From Kofleriaceae bacterium (GTDB lineage: Bacteria > Myxococcota_A > Polyangia > Haliangiales > Haliangiaceae): a DNA stretch of 64,000 nucleotides. Shown here piece by piece: positions 21,030-35,804 of this stretch. Location: assembly GCA_046597055.1 (NCBI GenBank), contig JBKJLC010000301.1, positions 1-64,000 of the forward strand, given 5' to 3'. Below the pieces are notes generated by a model, which saw only the letters and a program-made list of their open reading frames with translations, did no database searches and had not been told where the DNA came from. A program made the position numbers and the translations under genes. Position 1 is the first letter of the stretch. Every line of letters starts with the position of its first letter.

Positions 21030-22310
21030 CCCCGCCAAGCTCCGCACCATGGACCTCGCTCTTCGCGAGCACTTCCCGGACCTTCCCGAGATCATCCTCT
21101 GGAAGGCGGAGCTCATGTTCGGTGGCCTCCGCTTCACCGACGCCCTGGCCCGCGCCGTCGACGACGGCGCGGCCCCCAACTTCTACCCGTACCGCCGCAA
21201 GGCGGCCTCGGGGCTGGTGGAGACCATCCCGGTCCCGTACCTGTTCGACCTCGACGGCCTGGCGGTCGCGCGCATCCGCGTCGACGACCGGGCCTCGATG
21301 GAGGTCCGGCGCGACGACCGGGGCCAGTACAGCCTGTGGAACCTCGCCAGCGCGCCGCGCCACCTGTGCGACGTCCGGTTCGTGCGCAAGCACGGCTGGC
21401 AGGGGTTCCGCACCGCCGACGGGCTCGATCCGATGGCGGCCGGGGCCGAGCAGGTCGGCGACATGATCGTCGTCAACGTCGCGCCCGGCTGCGAGTACTT
21501 CACGGCGCGCCGCGACGACGGCACGTCGATGAAGTGCAGCTTCTGCGCGTACGGCCGGTTCGACAAGCGCTCGTTGACCCTGGGCCAGGAGCAAGGTCGG
21601 CTCGCGCTCGACGAGCTGGTGCCGCACCGGATCGAGGCGGTGCTACGCGCCGCCGCGGCCGACCCCAGCGCCGGCCATGTCTACATCACCGGCGGCTCGG
21701 TGCTCGATCCCGAGCTCGAGGTCGAGCGGTTCTTGCCGGTGATCGAGGCGGTCCGCCGCGGCGTCGGCGATCGCCTGCGCGTCACCATCGGCTCGGGTGC
21801 GGTCGATCCGGCCGGGTCGCGACGCTTCCACGACGCCGGCGCCGACAGCGCCTGTTACAACCTCGAGACCTGGGACCCGGCCACCTTCGAGGCGTGCTGC
21901 ACCGGCAAGGCCCACCACGTGGGCCGCCAGCGCTGGATCGACGGCCTGGTCGGCGCGGTCGAGGTGTTCGGCCGCGGCAACGTCGGCTCGGCGTTCGTCG
22001 CCGGGCTGGAGCTGGTGGCGCCAGGCCCGTGCCTGTCGCACGAGGCGTTCCTCGCCAGCGTGCTCGAGGGCGCCACCTTTCTGCTCGATCGCGGCATCGT
22101 GCCGCTGTACTCGCCGCTGTGGCCGATCGACGGCACCGCCTACGGGCTCCGCGACGGCATCCCCCCTGCCCTGTACGTGCGGCTGCAGCGGGCCCTCCAC
22201 GGGCTGCGCGCCGCGCGGCAGTTCCCGGTGCCCGGCTGGCTCATCTGCCCGCACTGCTCGTTCATGTTGCTCGAGGTCGACTTCGACCGCGCGCTCGGAT
22301 TGGAGGAAGC

Positions 22311-24116
<1,806 letters not shown>

Positions 24117-24125
24117 AGCGTGACC

Positions 24126-24156
24126 AAGCACGGAGGCCTCGGCGGCCTCCGTGCTT
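24126..24156. terminator. Hairpin between convergent genes (probably bidirectional terminator)
   Basis: AAGCACGGAGGCC-TCGGC-GGCCTCCGTGCTT, perfect 13-bp stem. Confidence 0.7.
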
Positions 24157-24178
24157 GCGTGTGCCCGCGCCCGGCGCG

Positions 24179-25183
24179 CTACCGGCGCATGGCCCGCACG
24201 ACGGTGTGAACCATCGGCGGGGTCGGCCGGGTGATGACCGCGTCGGTGAACCCGACCGCCTCGAGCCACGCCACGTGATCGACGTCCGGGTGGCAGCCGC
24301 CCCGCTCGCTGGTCAGCAGCATGTTCAGCGCGAACAGCGCGGCGAACGGGGGCCCGACCCGGCTGGCGTCGCGCATGATGTCGACGAGATAGATCGCGCC
24401 GCCCGGCTCGATCGCCGCGTGCAGGCGGGCGAGCAGGGCCTGGCAGGCCGCGGGCGGCTCGCGATGCAGCAGCCCCGACACCAGGGCGGCGTCGTAGCCG
24501 GTGCCGAGCTCGTCGACGAGCACGTCGGCGTCGCGGTGCACCACGCGCTCGCCGAGGCCCTGCTGCCCGACCAGCTCGCGGCCGACCGCGGCGATGCCGG
24601 GCAGCTCGAGCACCGTCGCGCGCAGCCCCGGGTTGCGCTGGCACAGCATCACCGACAGCGTGCCGGGCCCGCCGGCGACGTCGACCAGGTGACGGCGGCC
24701 GGTCAGGTCGATCGCGCCGATCAGCGAGTGGCCCATCCCGAGCGCGCGCTGGTGCATGCCGTGGACGAAGCCGCGGGTGCGGCCCGGATCGTCGCCGGTG
24801 TAGGTCTGGGTCTCGACCACCGGTGCGTCGCGCCGGACCGACTCGCCGAGCCGCGCCCAGGCCGGGAACAGCGCCTGGTTGTAGCCGAGCGCGCCGGCCA
24901 GCGAGCCGGGCCGCCCCGGGATCAGGAACGCGGCGGCCTCGGGCCCGTTGCGGTAGCCGTCGCCGTGCCGCTCGCACAGGCCGAGCGCGACCATCGCATC
25001 GAGCAGCATCGCGGTCGGCCGCGGGGGCAGCCCGACCCGGCTGGCGATCGCGCCCGCGGTGGCCTGACCGTCGCCAGCGGCGCCGGCCTCGATCGCCGCG
25101 AACAGCCCCTGCTCCACCGCGGTGAGCAGCGCGGCCGAGCCCCAGAACGCGCTGGCGAGCTCGAGAATCCGTCCCGGGTTCAT
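24179..25183 (-). CDS. SAM-dependent O-methyltransferase (dimerisation + Methyltransf_2 type)
   Basis: AFWGSAALLTAVEQGLF, LVDVAGGPG, LEPGG-like IEPGGAIYLVD. Confidence 0.92.
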   Translation of the reverse strand: MNPGRILELASAFWGSAALLTAVEQGLFAAIEAGAAGDGQATAGAIASRVGLPPRPTAMLLDAMVALGLCERHGDGYRNGPEAAAFLIPGRPGSLAGALGYNQALFPAWARLGESVRRDAPVVETQTYTGDDPGRTRGFVHGMHQRALGMGHSLIGAIDLTGRRHLVDVAGGPGTLSVMLCQRNPGLRATVLELPGIAAVGRELVGQQGLGERVVHRDADVLVDELGTGYDAALVSGLLHREPPAACQALLARLHAAIEPGGAIYLVDIMRDASRVGPPFAALFALNMLLTSERGGCHPDVDHVAWLEAVGFTDAVITRPTPPMVHTVVRAMRR

Positions 25184-26091
25184 GGCGTCACCCGCGGGCG
25201 CGACGGTCCAACCGAGGTCGGCGGCGGTGCGGGCGCGTCGGGCCGTCGCTTGAAGACGATCGTGACGTCGCCGCCCACCACCGGCAGCGCCTTGGCGTTC
25301 GCGGTCAGCCCCTGGCCGGGGGCGTAGGGATTCCCCGCGTCGACCGTCACCCGCAGCGGCGCGAGCGTGTCGCGCGGGACCAGCGTCATGAAGTCGGCGG
25401 CGCGCAGCGCCTGCCCGCGGTCTCCGTCGCCGAAGCCAACCACCTGCCAGGGCGCGTCGACCGGCTGCTTGCCCGTGCGCTGATCGAGCAGCACGTCGGC
25501 GAGCGGACGCTCCTTGCCGGCGACCCGCACCGCGACCAGCACCGTGTCGGCCGCGGTCGGCGCCGCCAGGGTGCCGTCGGCGGCGGGCACGGTGCCTTCG
25601 TAGCCGAGCAGCGTGAGCGCGAGCCGCAGCTCGACGCCGGTCACCTCGACGGTGAACAGGCTCTCGTAGGCCTTGCCGCCCTTGCCGACCGCGATGTACT
25701 CGAGCGGCCCCATCGGCGTGCCCACCTTGGCGGGCAGCTCGGCCGCGCCGGCCTTCAGGTCGACCTTGATCGCGCCGACCATCATCACGTCGCGCGACAC
25801 GACCTTGATCATGTCGGCGGGGTTGTCGACCGGCTTCCCGACGTCGATCACCGGCGCGGGCTGCATGTTCGCGGGATCGCCACGGCGCAACAGCGCCTCG
25901 CGGCGCGCCTCGAAGCCCGGGTCGGGCTCGGTCGCGGGCGGGATCCGCGGCGCCGGGGCGCCGGCATCGACGCCCGCCACCGGCGTGGGCGCCGGTAGGG
26001 CCTGCTTCTTCTTGCAGGCCGGCGTCAGCCCGACCGCGGCGCCAACGGCGACGATCCGGACCAGGGTCCGGACGACATCACGACTCACCAT
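25180..26091 (-). CDS. Lipoprotein with YdjY-like domain
   Basis: Lipobox TPA-CKKK; LEYIAVGKGGKAYESLF...LRLALTLLG recalled as YdjY-like; ATGA overlap with the methyltransferase. Confidence 0.7.
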   Translation of the reverse strand: MVSRDVVRTLVRIVAVGAAVGLTPACKKKQALPAPTPVAGVDAGAPAPRIPPATEPDPGFEARREALLRRGDPANMQPAPVIDVGKPVDNPADMIKVVSRDVMMVGAIKVDLKAGAAELPAKVGTPMGPLEYIAVGKGGKAYESLFTVEVTGVELRLALTLLGYEGTVPAADGTLAAPTAADTVLVAVRVAGKERPLADVLLDQRTGKQPVDAPWQVVGFGDGDRGQALRAADFMTLVPRDTLAPLRVTVDAGNPYAPGQGLTANAKALPVVGGDVTIVFKRRPDAPAPPPTSVGPSRPRVTP

Positions 26092-26122
26092 CGGCGCAGG
26101 ATACACGGCGCCGCGCGGCTGG

Positions 26123-26584
26123 CTACTTCGAGGCCTTCACCTTCGACCCGACCGGCACCGGGACCCGCGTCACTTCCTGGAACGCCAGCTCGTCGCTCGG
26201 ATCGGTGGCGTCGTCGATGCGACGGGACAGCACGATGACGTCCTGGCCGCGGAACACGGCGCGCAGCTCGACCCCGGGCGCGACCGAGTTGCACATCAGC
26301 GCGGTGATGATGTCGGCGCCGTTGCCGGCCTTCGGCGTGCACGCGCCGGCGGCCTCGCCGACCGGGAACGACTTGGTCGCGCCGTTGTGGTCGGTCACCT
26401 CGAGAAACACCTTGGTCGACGGGCTGGTCGCGTCGGCGTTGTAGCCCTGCAGACCCCAGCCGAGCAGGGTCTGGGAGGTGATCACTTCGCCGTCGGTACC
26501 AGTGACGGTGCCAGTGCCAGGCGTGGTGGTCGACTTCTTGCCGCAGGCGGCGAGCAACAGGACGACACAGAGGAGGCGACGCAT
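26123..26584 (-). CDS. Lipoprotein, hypothetical
   Basis: [14 protein letters not shown] lipobox. Confidence 0.85.
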   Translation of the reverse strand: MRRLLCVVLLLAACGKKSTTTPGTGTVTGTDGEVITSQTLLGWGLQGYNADATSPSTKVFLEVTDHNGATKSFPVGEAAGACTPKAGNGADIITALMCNSVAPGVELRAVFRGQDVIVLSRRIDDATDPSDELAFQEVTRVPVPVGSKVKASK

Positions 26585-26649
26585 GCCAGGTGTGTAGCGC
26601 GATCGGCCGGTTCACTCCAGTGTGCGCGGCGGCGCGGTACGATGGCGGG

Positions 26650-28626
<1,977 letters not shown>

Positions 28627-28644
28627 CGGCGCTTCGCGCCCGGA

Positions 28645-28830
28645 TCACTTCGGGTACTTGCGCGGACGACCGCGCTTGCGCGGCGTTGAACCGTCGCCAC
28701 CGAAGTCGAGCTCTTCCGTGAACCGCTCCTCGACCATGTCGGACACCGAGGTATGGAGGGAATCCAGCTTGCGAAGCTCATCGCGCTCGAACTCGGCGAA
28801 CGAACCGTAAACGCGTGGAATACCAGACAT
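28645..28830 (-). CDS. Small acidic protein with C-terminal AT-hook (61 aa)
   Basis: AAGGAG RBS, ATG at 28830; ends PRKRGRPRKYPK. Confidence 0.8.
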   Translation of the reverse strand: MSGIPRVYGSFAEFERDELRKLDSLHTSVSDMVEERFTEELDFGGDGSTPRKRGRPRKYPK

Positions 28831-28987
28831 AGTCGAGCTCCTTGCGACGAGGACTACATGTCCTACATCTGCGCCCAACGTAGTCCAATGGATCACAGAG
28901 CCCAAGTTTTTTGCTCATCGCACCGCGCGGGCAATCACGTCGCCGTCGACGTTTCGGTCGTCAGACGAACGTGCTAACCGCGACGCC

Positions 28988-29790
<803 letters not shown>

Positions 29791-29794
<4 letters not shown>

Positions 29795-30735
29795 CCGCCG
29801 ACTCACGCGATCTCAAGAAGCGCGGGCTCGGCCGCGGCCTCGGCGCGCTCATGCCGGCGCGACCCGAGCCGCTGGCCGCGACGCCGGCGCCGGCGGTGCC
29901 CGATCGGCCACGGATCTACTTCCAGGCCCCGATCGAGGACGTCTATCCGAGCCCCGATCAGCCGCGCCGGCACTTCGCCGACGCCGAGCTCGACGAGCTG
30001 GCGCAATCGATCCGCGCCCACGGCGTGATCATGCCGCTGGTGGTGCGGCCCCGGACCGGCGGCGGCTACCTGCTGATCGCCGGCGAGCGCCGCTGGCGCG
30101 CGTCGCAGCGCGCCGGCCTTCACGAGGTCCCGGTCGTCATCCAGGACGTCGACCCCCGCGAGGCGTTCGAGCGCGCCCTGGTCGAAAATCTACAGCGCTC
30201 CGATCTGAACCCGATGGAGGAGGCCGCGGCCTACCAGCGCCTCATCGAGGAGTTCGGCCTGACCCAGGAGCAGGTCGCCGAGCGGGTCGGCAAGGAGCGG
30301 TCGACGGTCGCCAACGCGGTGCGCCTGCTCAAGCTGCCGGCCGGCGTGCGCACGATGGTCGAGGACCACCGGCTGTCGATGGGCCACGCCCGCGCGCTGC
30401 TCGGGCTCGACGACGCCCGCGCCATCGAGACCGCGGCACGCGCGGCGATCAGCAAGGGCCTGTCGGTGCGCGCGACCGAGAAGCTGGTCCGCGAGACCCA
30501 GCAGGCCGACGACAAGGCGACCCGCACCACCACCGCCCACAAGGCGACCCGCGGCCCCACCGGCAAGTCGGCCGCGGTCAAGGATCTCGAGGAGCGGCTC
30601 GGCAAGGCGCTCGGCGGGCCGGTCGACATCGTCGAGGACGAGCCGGGCGGCGGCGGTGGCAAGAAGAGCGGCACCCTCTCGATCCGATATCTCGATCTCG
30701 ATCACCTCGATCGGCTGCTCGACAAGCTGCTGTGA
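29791..30735 (+). CDS. parB: ParB/Spo0J partitioning protein
   Basis: KRGLGRGLGAL, QPRRHF, AGERRWRA, ENLQRSDLNPMEEA. Confidence 0.97.
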
Positions 30736-30828
30736 GCGGCGGGCGGCGGCTCCGCCGCGCGCGCTGCCGAACGCCTCGGCCGCGCGGCCGGCCATCGGTC
30801 GGCGCAGGCCCGCGTGCTCTTGTCGCGC
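30735..30828. repeat. Decayed direct copy of the recG 3' end and downstream flank (31324-31423)
   Basis: Shared blocks AGCGGCGGGCGGCGGCTC, CGCTGCCGAACGCCTCGGCCGCG, CGGCGCAGGCCCGCGTGCTC. Confidence 0.9.
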
Positions 30829-30833
30829 ACGGC

Positions 30834-30980
30834 ATGCCGCTCGCGCCCGGGCTGTACGAGCACGCGCTGACCGCGGCCCTGGCGGCCTCGCTGGCCGATG
30901 CGCCGGCCGAGCTCCACGAGCTTCGACCGGAGCAACTGGCCGCGACCATCGCGAAGCACCTCGCATTGCTGGCCCAGTAG
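30834..30980 (+). pseudogene. Truncated N-terminal fragment, possibly of a DUF3427-type helicase
   Basis: MPLAPGLYEHALTAALAASL...LAATIAKHL* resembles remembered N-termini (PGLYEQL) of PLD-helicase-DUF3427 proteins; unverified. Confidence 0.4.
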
Positions 30981-31079
30981 CGCGCCGGAGGTCGACGCGG
31001 GCGCCGCCGTCGCAGGCGACGTCGGGCGCGCCAGGCAACCCGGGCACGTCAAGTAGCCGGCGCTTGGTAGGATGCCCGC

Positions 31080-31304
31080 ATGGCGATACCGGACCAGAAG
31101 CTCATGGGTTGGGGCACGATCGTCGCGATCCTCGTGGTCGAGGCGCTCGTCGTCGGGATGGCGCTGGGCCTCGCCGGCGACCTGGTCGGTCGCAACCTGA
31201 GCCTTGGCGTGGGCGTCGCGGTCGGCGTCACCGGCGCCTTCCTGGTGGGACGGCGGCGCGCCGCGCTCGCCGCCGCCAGGAACGACCGAAAAGTAGGGAC
31301 CTGA
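31080..31304 (+). CDS. Small 2-TM membrane protein
   Basis: 74 aa, two hydrophobic helices, basic tail; TAGGAT 6 nt upstream. Confidence 0.7.
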   Translation: MAIPDQKLMGWGTIVAILVVEALVVGMALGLAGDLVGRNLSLGVGVAVGVTGAFLVGRRRAALAAARNDRKVGT

Positions 31305-31339
31305 GCGCGGGACCTGCTGCGGTAGCGGCGGGCGGCGGC

Positions 31340-33649
31340 TCAGCCGCTCTCGCTGCCGAACGCCTCGGCCGCGGCCTCGCGTCGGGCCAGCAGGCGGCGC
31401 AGGCCCGCGTGCTCGGGTCGCGCCAGCGCCTCGTCCTCGTCGAGGACCCGCTCGGCTTCGGCGCGGGCGGCCAGCAGGAGCTCGGTGTGGGTCCGCAGAT
31501 CGCCGAAGCGCAGCCGCGGCAGTCCGGCCTGGCGCGCCCCCATCAGCTCGCCGGGCCCGCGCAGGACCAGATCCTCCTCGGCGATGCGGAAGCCGTCGGT
31601 GGTGCTCGCGACGATCTCGAGCCGGCGCTTGCCGTCGTCGGAACCACCGGCGCCGGTGACCAGCAGGCACCACGCCCCGCCGCCGCCGCGCCCGATCCGC
31701 CCGCGCAGCTGGTGGAGCTGGGCGAGCCCGAAACGATCGGCGTCCTCGATCACCATCACGGTCGCAGCGGGCACGTCGACCCCGACTTCGATCACGGTGG
31801 TCGCCACCAGCACGTCGAGCCCACCGGTGGCGAACGCCGCCATCACCGCGTCGCGCTCGGACGCGGTCAGGCGGCCGTGACACAGCCCGACCCGCGCCGG
31901 CGCCAGCCGCGCTTGCAGCTCGGCGAACACGGTGGTCGCGTCGGCCCAGCCGGTGCGGCTGTCCTCGGTCGACGGCTCGACCAGCGGACACACCACGAAC
32001 CCGCGCTCGCCGGCCCGCACGCGCTCGGCGACCAGGCGATAGGCCGCGTCCCGCCCACGCGCGCCCCGGTGCACCGCGGTCATCGGCGGCAGCCGGCCCG
32101 GCGGCAGCTCGTCGATGACGGTGGCGTCGAGGTCGCCGTACACGGTGAGCGCCAGGGTCCGCGGGATCGGGGTCGCGGTCATCACCAGCAGGTGCGGCGC
32201 GCCGCCGGCCTTGCCCTTCTGGCGCAGCCCCACCCGCTGGGCGACGCCGAACCGGTGCTGCTCGTCGACCACGGCCAGCCCGAGCCGCGCGAGCTCGACC
32301 GACTCGCCGAGCAGCGCGTGGGTGCCGACCACCAGATCGATCTCGCCGGCGGCGAGCCGGGCCAGGAGCGGCGCCCGCACCGTCCGCGGCGTCGATGCCG
32401 TCAACAGTGCGACCCGCACGCCGGCGCGCTCGGCCCAGCGCGCGAACGTGCCGTGGTGCTGCTCGGCGAGGATCTCGGTCGGCGCCATCACCGCGACCTG
32501 GGCGCCGGCGCGGATCGCCTGCAGCGCGGCGGCGAACGCCACCGCGGTCTTGCCGGCCCCGACATCGCCCTGGAGCAACCGGTTCATCGGCACGTCGCCG
32601 GCGAGGTCGGCGCCGAGCTCTGCGACCGCGCGGCGCTGGGCCGCGGTCAGCGCGAACGGGAAGGTGCGCGCCAGCTCGTCGTCGAAGGTCGCGGTCGGTG
32701 GCAGCGGGGTCGCCCGGTCGGCCCGGCGGAGGCGACGCCGGCGCACGACCACCGCCCCCAGCGCGAACAGCTCGGCGAACGCCAGCCGGCGGTGATGCAC
32801 GCTGGTCCCGGCGTTGAGCGCCGCGACCTCGTCCACCGTCAGCGCGAGCGACGGGGCGTGCAGCGCGGTCAGCGCCTCGGCGAGGCTGCCGAGGCCCTGG
32901 CGGGCGGCGACCGCGGCCGGCACGCCGTCGTCGAGCTGCGGCGCCAGCGCGAGGTCGAGCGTCGGGCGCGTCGCGGGCGTCAGGACCCGGGCGACCGCGG
33001 CCTGACAGGCCGTGCGCAGCCGCGCGGCCGGCACCCCGGCGAGGTCGGGATACCGAGGCAGGATCCGCGCGCTATCGGCGACGTCGGCGGCGCCGGTCGA
33101 GACCGCGAGCACGTCGGGGTTCGCCATCTCCCAGGCCGTGCCGCGCTTCTTGACCACGCCCGACAGCGCGACCTCCGCGCCGAGCGGGAACCGCTTGTCG
33201 AGCCCGCCGAACACGTTGAACCAGCGCACGGTCAGGATCGCGGGCCGCGCGGCGGCAGCGGCGAACCGGACCTCGCCCCAGCTCCGACCGCGCGCCCGGA
33301 TCATGCGGGCCGACGTCACGACCGCCCGCGCGCCGACCCGATCGCCGGTGGTGGCGCCGGCCAGCGCCGTGTCCAGCTCGGACAGCTCGCGGGCGTCGAG
33401 CCAGCGTCGCGGCACCAGCCACAGCAGGTCCTCGACCGTGGTGAGCCCGCGCTCGGCCAGCGCGGCCGCGAGGGTCGGGCCGATGCCCTTGATCGTCGAC
33501 GCTGGCGCGCTCAGCGGATCGGTGGGATCGGTCAGCGCCACCGGCCGGGGCCGCGCGCGGCCGCGCGGCGAAGTGGGCACCGGCTCGACCACGACAGCGG
33601 CTCCTGAGGACGCCGCCGCCGGCGGCGCCGCGCGACGGGACGGGGGCAT
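31340..33649 (-). CDS. recG: ATP-dependent DNA helicase RecG
   Basis: MNRLLQGDVGAGKT, DEQHRFG, MTATPIPRTL, QLHQLRGRIGRG, DGFRIAEEDL; start approximate. Confidence 0.96.
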   Translation of the reverse strand: MPPSRRAAPPAAASSGAAVVVEPVPTSPRGRARPRPVALTDPTDPLSAPASTIKGIGPTLAAALAERGLTTVEDLLWLVPRRWLDARELSELDTALAGATTGDRVGARAVVTSARMIRARGRSWGEVRFAAAAARPAILTVRWFNVFGGLDKRFPLGAEVALSGVVKKRGTAWEMANPDVLAVSTGAADVADSARILPRYPDLAGVPAARLRTACQAAVARVLTPATRPTLDLALAPQLDDGVPAAVAARQGLGSLAEALTALHAPSLALTVDEVAALNAGTSVHHRRLAFAELFALGAVVVRRRRLRRADRATPLPPTATFDDELARTFPFALTAAQRRAVAELGADLAGDVPMNRLLQGDVGAGKTAVAFAAALQAIRAGAQVAVMAPTEILAEQHHGTFARWAERAGVRVALLTASTPRTVRAPLLARLAAGEIDLVVGTHALLGESVELARLGLAVVDEQHRFGVAQRVGLRQKGKAGGAPHLLVMTATPIPRTLALTVYGDLDATVIDELPPGRLPPMTAVHRGARGRDAAYRLVAERVRAGERGFVVCPLVEPSTEDSRTGWADATTVFAELQARLAPARVGLCHGRLTASERDAVMAAFATGGLDVLVATTVIEVGVDVPAATVMVIEDADRFGLAQLHQLRGRIGRGGGGAWCLLVTGAGGSDDGKRRLEIVASTTDGFRIAEEDLVLRGPGELMGARQAGLPRLRFGDLRTHTELLLAARAEAERVLDEDEALARPEHAGLRRLLARREAAAEAFGSESG

Positions 33650-33742
33650 GGCTGCCACGAGGTACCACGTCGCGAGGATCACGGGCGAAACTCGCGCGGC
33701 CCCACTGGTGGCGGCGCGCGGTTGGGCGATACTGCCCGGCGA

Positions 33743-34432
33743 ATGTCCGACCGCAATTACTCGAGGGTGCCGTGCGCGGTCGCCGTCGAGTTTCGATCGG
33801 CGTCGTCCTTCCTGATCGCCTACTCGGTCAACCTGTCGCGCGGCGGTCTGTTCCTCGAGACCGCGACCGATCTGCCGATCGGCACGCGGCTCGAGCTGGC
33901 GTTCAGCGTCCCCGGCGCCGGCCAGGTGCCGCTGCACGGCACGGTGGCCTGGCGGCGCGGCCCCGAGAGCCCCGAGGGTCCGCCCGGCATCGGGGTCGAG
34001 TTCACCGATATCACCACCCAGGTCGGTCAGGTGATCGACCTCCTGGTCGCCGAGTACTGCGGGCTGTCGGTCGTGATCGTCGCCCAGGACGGCAAGGACC
34101 GCGCCTCGTTGTCGCGGCTGGTGAAGTCGATCGTGTCCTCGGCCGAGATCCTGATCGCGGCCGATGCCACCGTCGCCGAGACCCTGCTCACCGACGAGGT
34201 CGACCTCGCGGTCATCGAGATCGACGCCGATCCCGAGGGCGGGCTGGCCGCGGTGCGCCTGGCCCGGTCGCAGAGCCCGCCGGTGCCCGCGATCGCCCTC
34301 GCCTCGACCAAGCGCCTGCGCGACCACGCCCGGGCCGCCGGCGCCGACGAGCTCACCGGCAACCCGCCGGCGTTCGAGGAGCTGCAGGTCGCGGTCGTGC
34401 GCGCGCTCAGCCGCCCCCTGTCGGTCCGATAG
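33743..34432 (+). CDS. TIGR02266-like PilZ domain fused to pseudo-receiver domain
   Basis: RNYSR and NLSRGG PilZ motifs; C-terminal CheY-like fold (AGADE) with Glu at the acceptor site. Confidence 0.85.
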   Translation: MSDRNYSRVPCAVAVEFRSASSFLIAYSVNLSRGGLFLETATDLPIGTRLELAFSVPGAGQVPLHGTVAWRRGPESPEGPPGIGVEFTDITTQVGQVIDLLVAEYCGLSVVIVAQDGKDRASLSRLVKSIVSSAEILIAADATVAETLLTDEVDLAVIEIDADPEGGLAAVRLARSQSPPVPAIALASTKRLRDHARAAGADELTGNPPAFEELQVAVVRALSRPLSVR

Positions 34433-34498
34433 CCGGCCGGCCGCGGACCGGCCGTCCGCGGACCGGACAGCCGCCTGCGCCCGACCCCGTCCGGGGTG

Positions 34499-35359
34499 CT
34501 ACGACGCGCGCGCCGCGGCCAGCTCGGCCGCGGTCGCGGTGTTCTCGAGCAGGCAGGCGCGGGTCATCGGGCCGACCCCGCCGGGCACCGGCGTGATCCA
34601 CGCGGCGCGCTCGGCGGCCACCGCGTACTCCACGTCGCCGACCAGCTTGCCGTCGGCGGTCCGGTTGATGCCGACGTCGATCACCGCCGCGCCCGGCTTG
34701 ATCCAGGCGCCCTTGACCAGCCCGGGCTTGCCGATCGCCGCGATCACGATGTCGGCGCTCGCCACCGCCTCGGCCAGGTCGCGGGTGCGCGAGTGGCAGA
34801 GCGTCACGGTCGCGTTGGCGTTGGCGAGCAGGAGCGCGATCGGCTTGCCGACGAGCACGCTGCGGCCGAGCACCACCGCGCGGGCGCCCTCGATCGTCAC
34901 GCCGCCCTTGGCGAGCAGGCGCATGCAGCCGGCCGGCGTGCACGCCGTGAACCGGGGCCGGGCCTGGGCCAGGCGGCCCAGGTTCTCGGGGTGCAGCCCG
35001 TCGACGTCCTTGTGCGGCGGGATGGACTCGATCACCGCGTCGGCGTCGAGCCCGCGCGGCAGCGGCAGCTGCACCAGGATGCCGTGCACCGTCGGGTCGG
35101 CGCCCAGCCGTGCGACCAGGGCGAGCAGCTCGGCCTGCGACACGTCGGCCGACAGCCGGTGATCGCGGGCGTCGATCCCGCACTCGCGCGCGTCCTTGGT
35201 CTTCGAGCGGACGTACACCGCCGACGCCGGATCGTCACCGACCAGCACGACCGCGAGGCCGGGCGTGAGCCCGCCGGCGGCCAGGGCCCGCACGCGCGCC
35301 GCGACGCCGGCCTTGACCTCGGCAGCCAGGGCCTTGCCGTCGAGCACGCCAGCGGTCAT
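34499..35359 (-). CDS. folD: Bifunctional methylenetetrahydrofolate dehydrogenase/cyclohydrolase
   Basis: [48 protein letters not shown]. Confidence 0.97.
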   Translation of the reverse strand: MTAGVLDGKALAAEVKAGVAARVRALAAGGLTPGLAVVLVGDDPASAVYVRSKTKDARECGIDARDHRLSADVSQAELLALVARLGADPTVHGILVQLPLPRGLDADAVIESIPPHKDVDGLHPENLGRLAQARPRFTACTPAGCMRLLAKGGVTIEGARAVVLGRSVLVGKPIALLLANANATVTLCHSRTRDLAEAVASADIVIAAIGKPGLVKGAWIKPGAAVIDVGINRTADGKLVGDVEYAVAAERAAWITPVPGGVGPMTRACLLENTATAAELAAARAS

Positions 35360-35802
35360 GACGATGCCGCGACCTTCGCCGAGCCGGCCGCACCGGTCCC
35401 GGAGCTGGGCGCCGCGGGTGGGGTCGACGAGCCCGCGCTCGACGAGCCGCCGCCATCGCCGCCGCCGGCCGCCCCGCCGCCCTTGTCGCCGCCGCCCTTG
35501 TCGCCGCCGCCCTTGTCGCCGCTGCCCTTGTCGCCGCTGCCCTTGTCGCCGCCGCCCTTGTCGGCGCTGGCGGCCTTGTCACCGCTGGCCGCGGCCTTGT
35601 CGCCGCCACCGTCGGCGGCCGGCTTGGTCGAGGCGTACAGATCCTTGTACCAACCGCCGCCCTTGAACGCGAACGAGGTCCGCGAGATCAGCCGCTCGAG
35701 CTCACCACCACACTGCTCGCAGGTGGTCTTCTTCTCGCTCATGCGATGCTCGTACTCGAACTCGTTGCTGCACGCGGTGCAGCGGTACTCGTAGACTGGC
35801 AT
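35356..35802 (-). CDS. FmdB-family zinc-ribbon protein with low-complexity tail
   Basis: [11 protein letters not shown]...CEQCGG...FKGGGWY. Confidence 0.9.
   Translation of the reverse strand: MPVYEYRCTACSNEFEYEHRMSEKKTTCEQCGGELERLISRTSFAFKGGGWYKDLYASTKPAADGGGDKAAASGDKAASADKGGGDKGSGDKGSGDKGGGDKGGGDKGGGAAGGGDGGGSSSAGSSTPPAAPSSGTGAAGSAKVAASS
35480..35605. repeat. 15-bp tandem repeat encoding DKG(G/S)G
   Basis: Six CCCTTGTCGCCGCYG-type units plus degenerate copies. Confidence 0.9.
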
Positions 35803-35804
35803 CG

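Noticed and set aside
17532..21179. 1215-aa - strand ORF
   Set aside because: Antisense shadow of the surface-protein gene; no motifs
28831..28987. parS site or oriC near parAB
   Set aside because: No TGTTNCACGTGNAACA-type palindrome or DnaA-box cluster seen by eye
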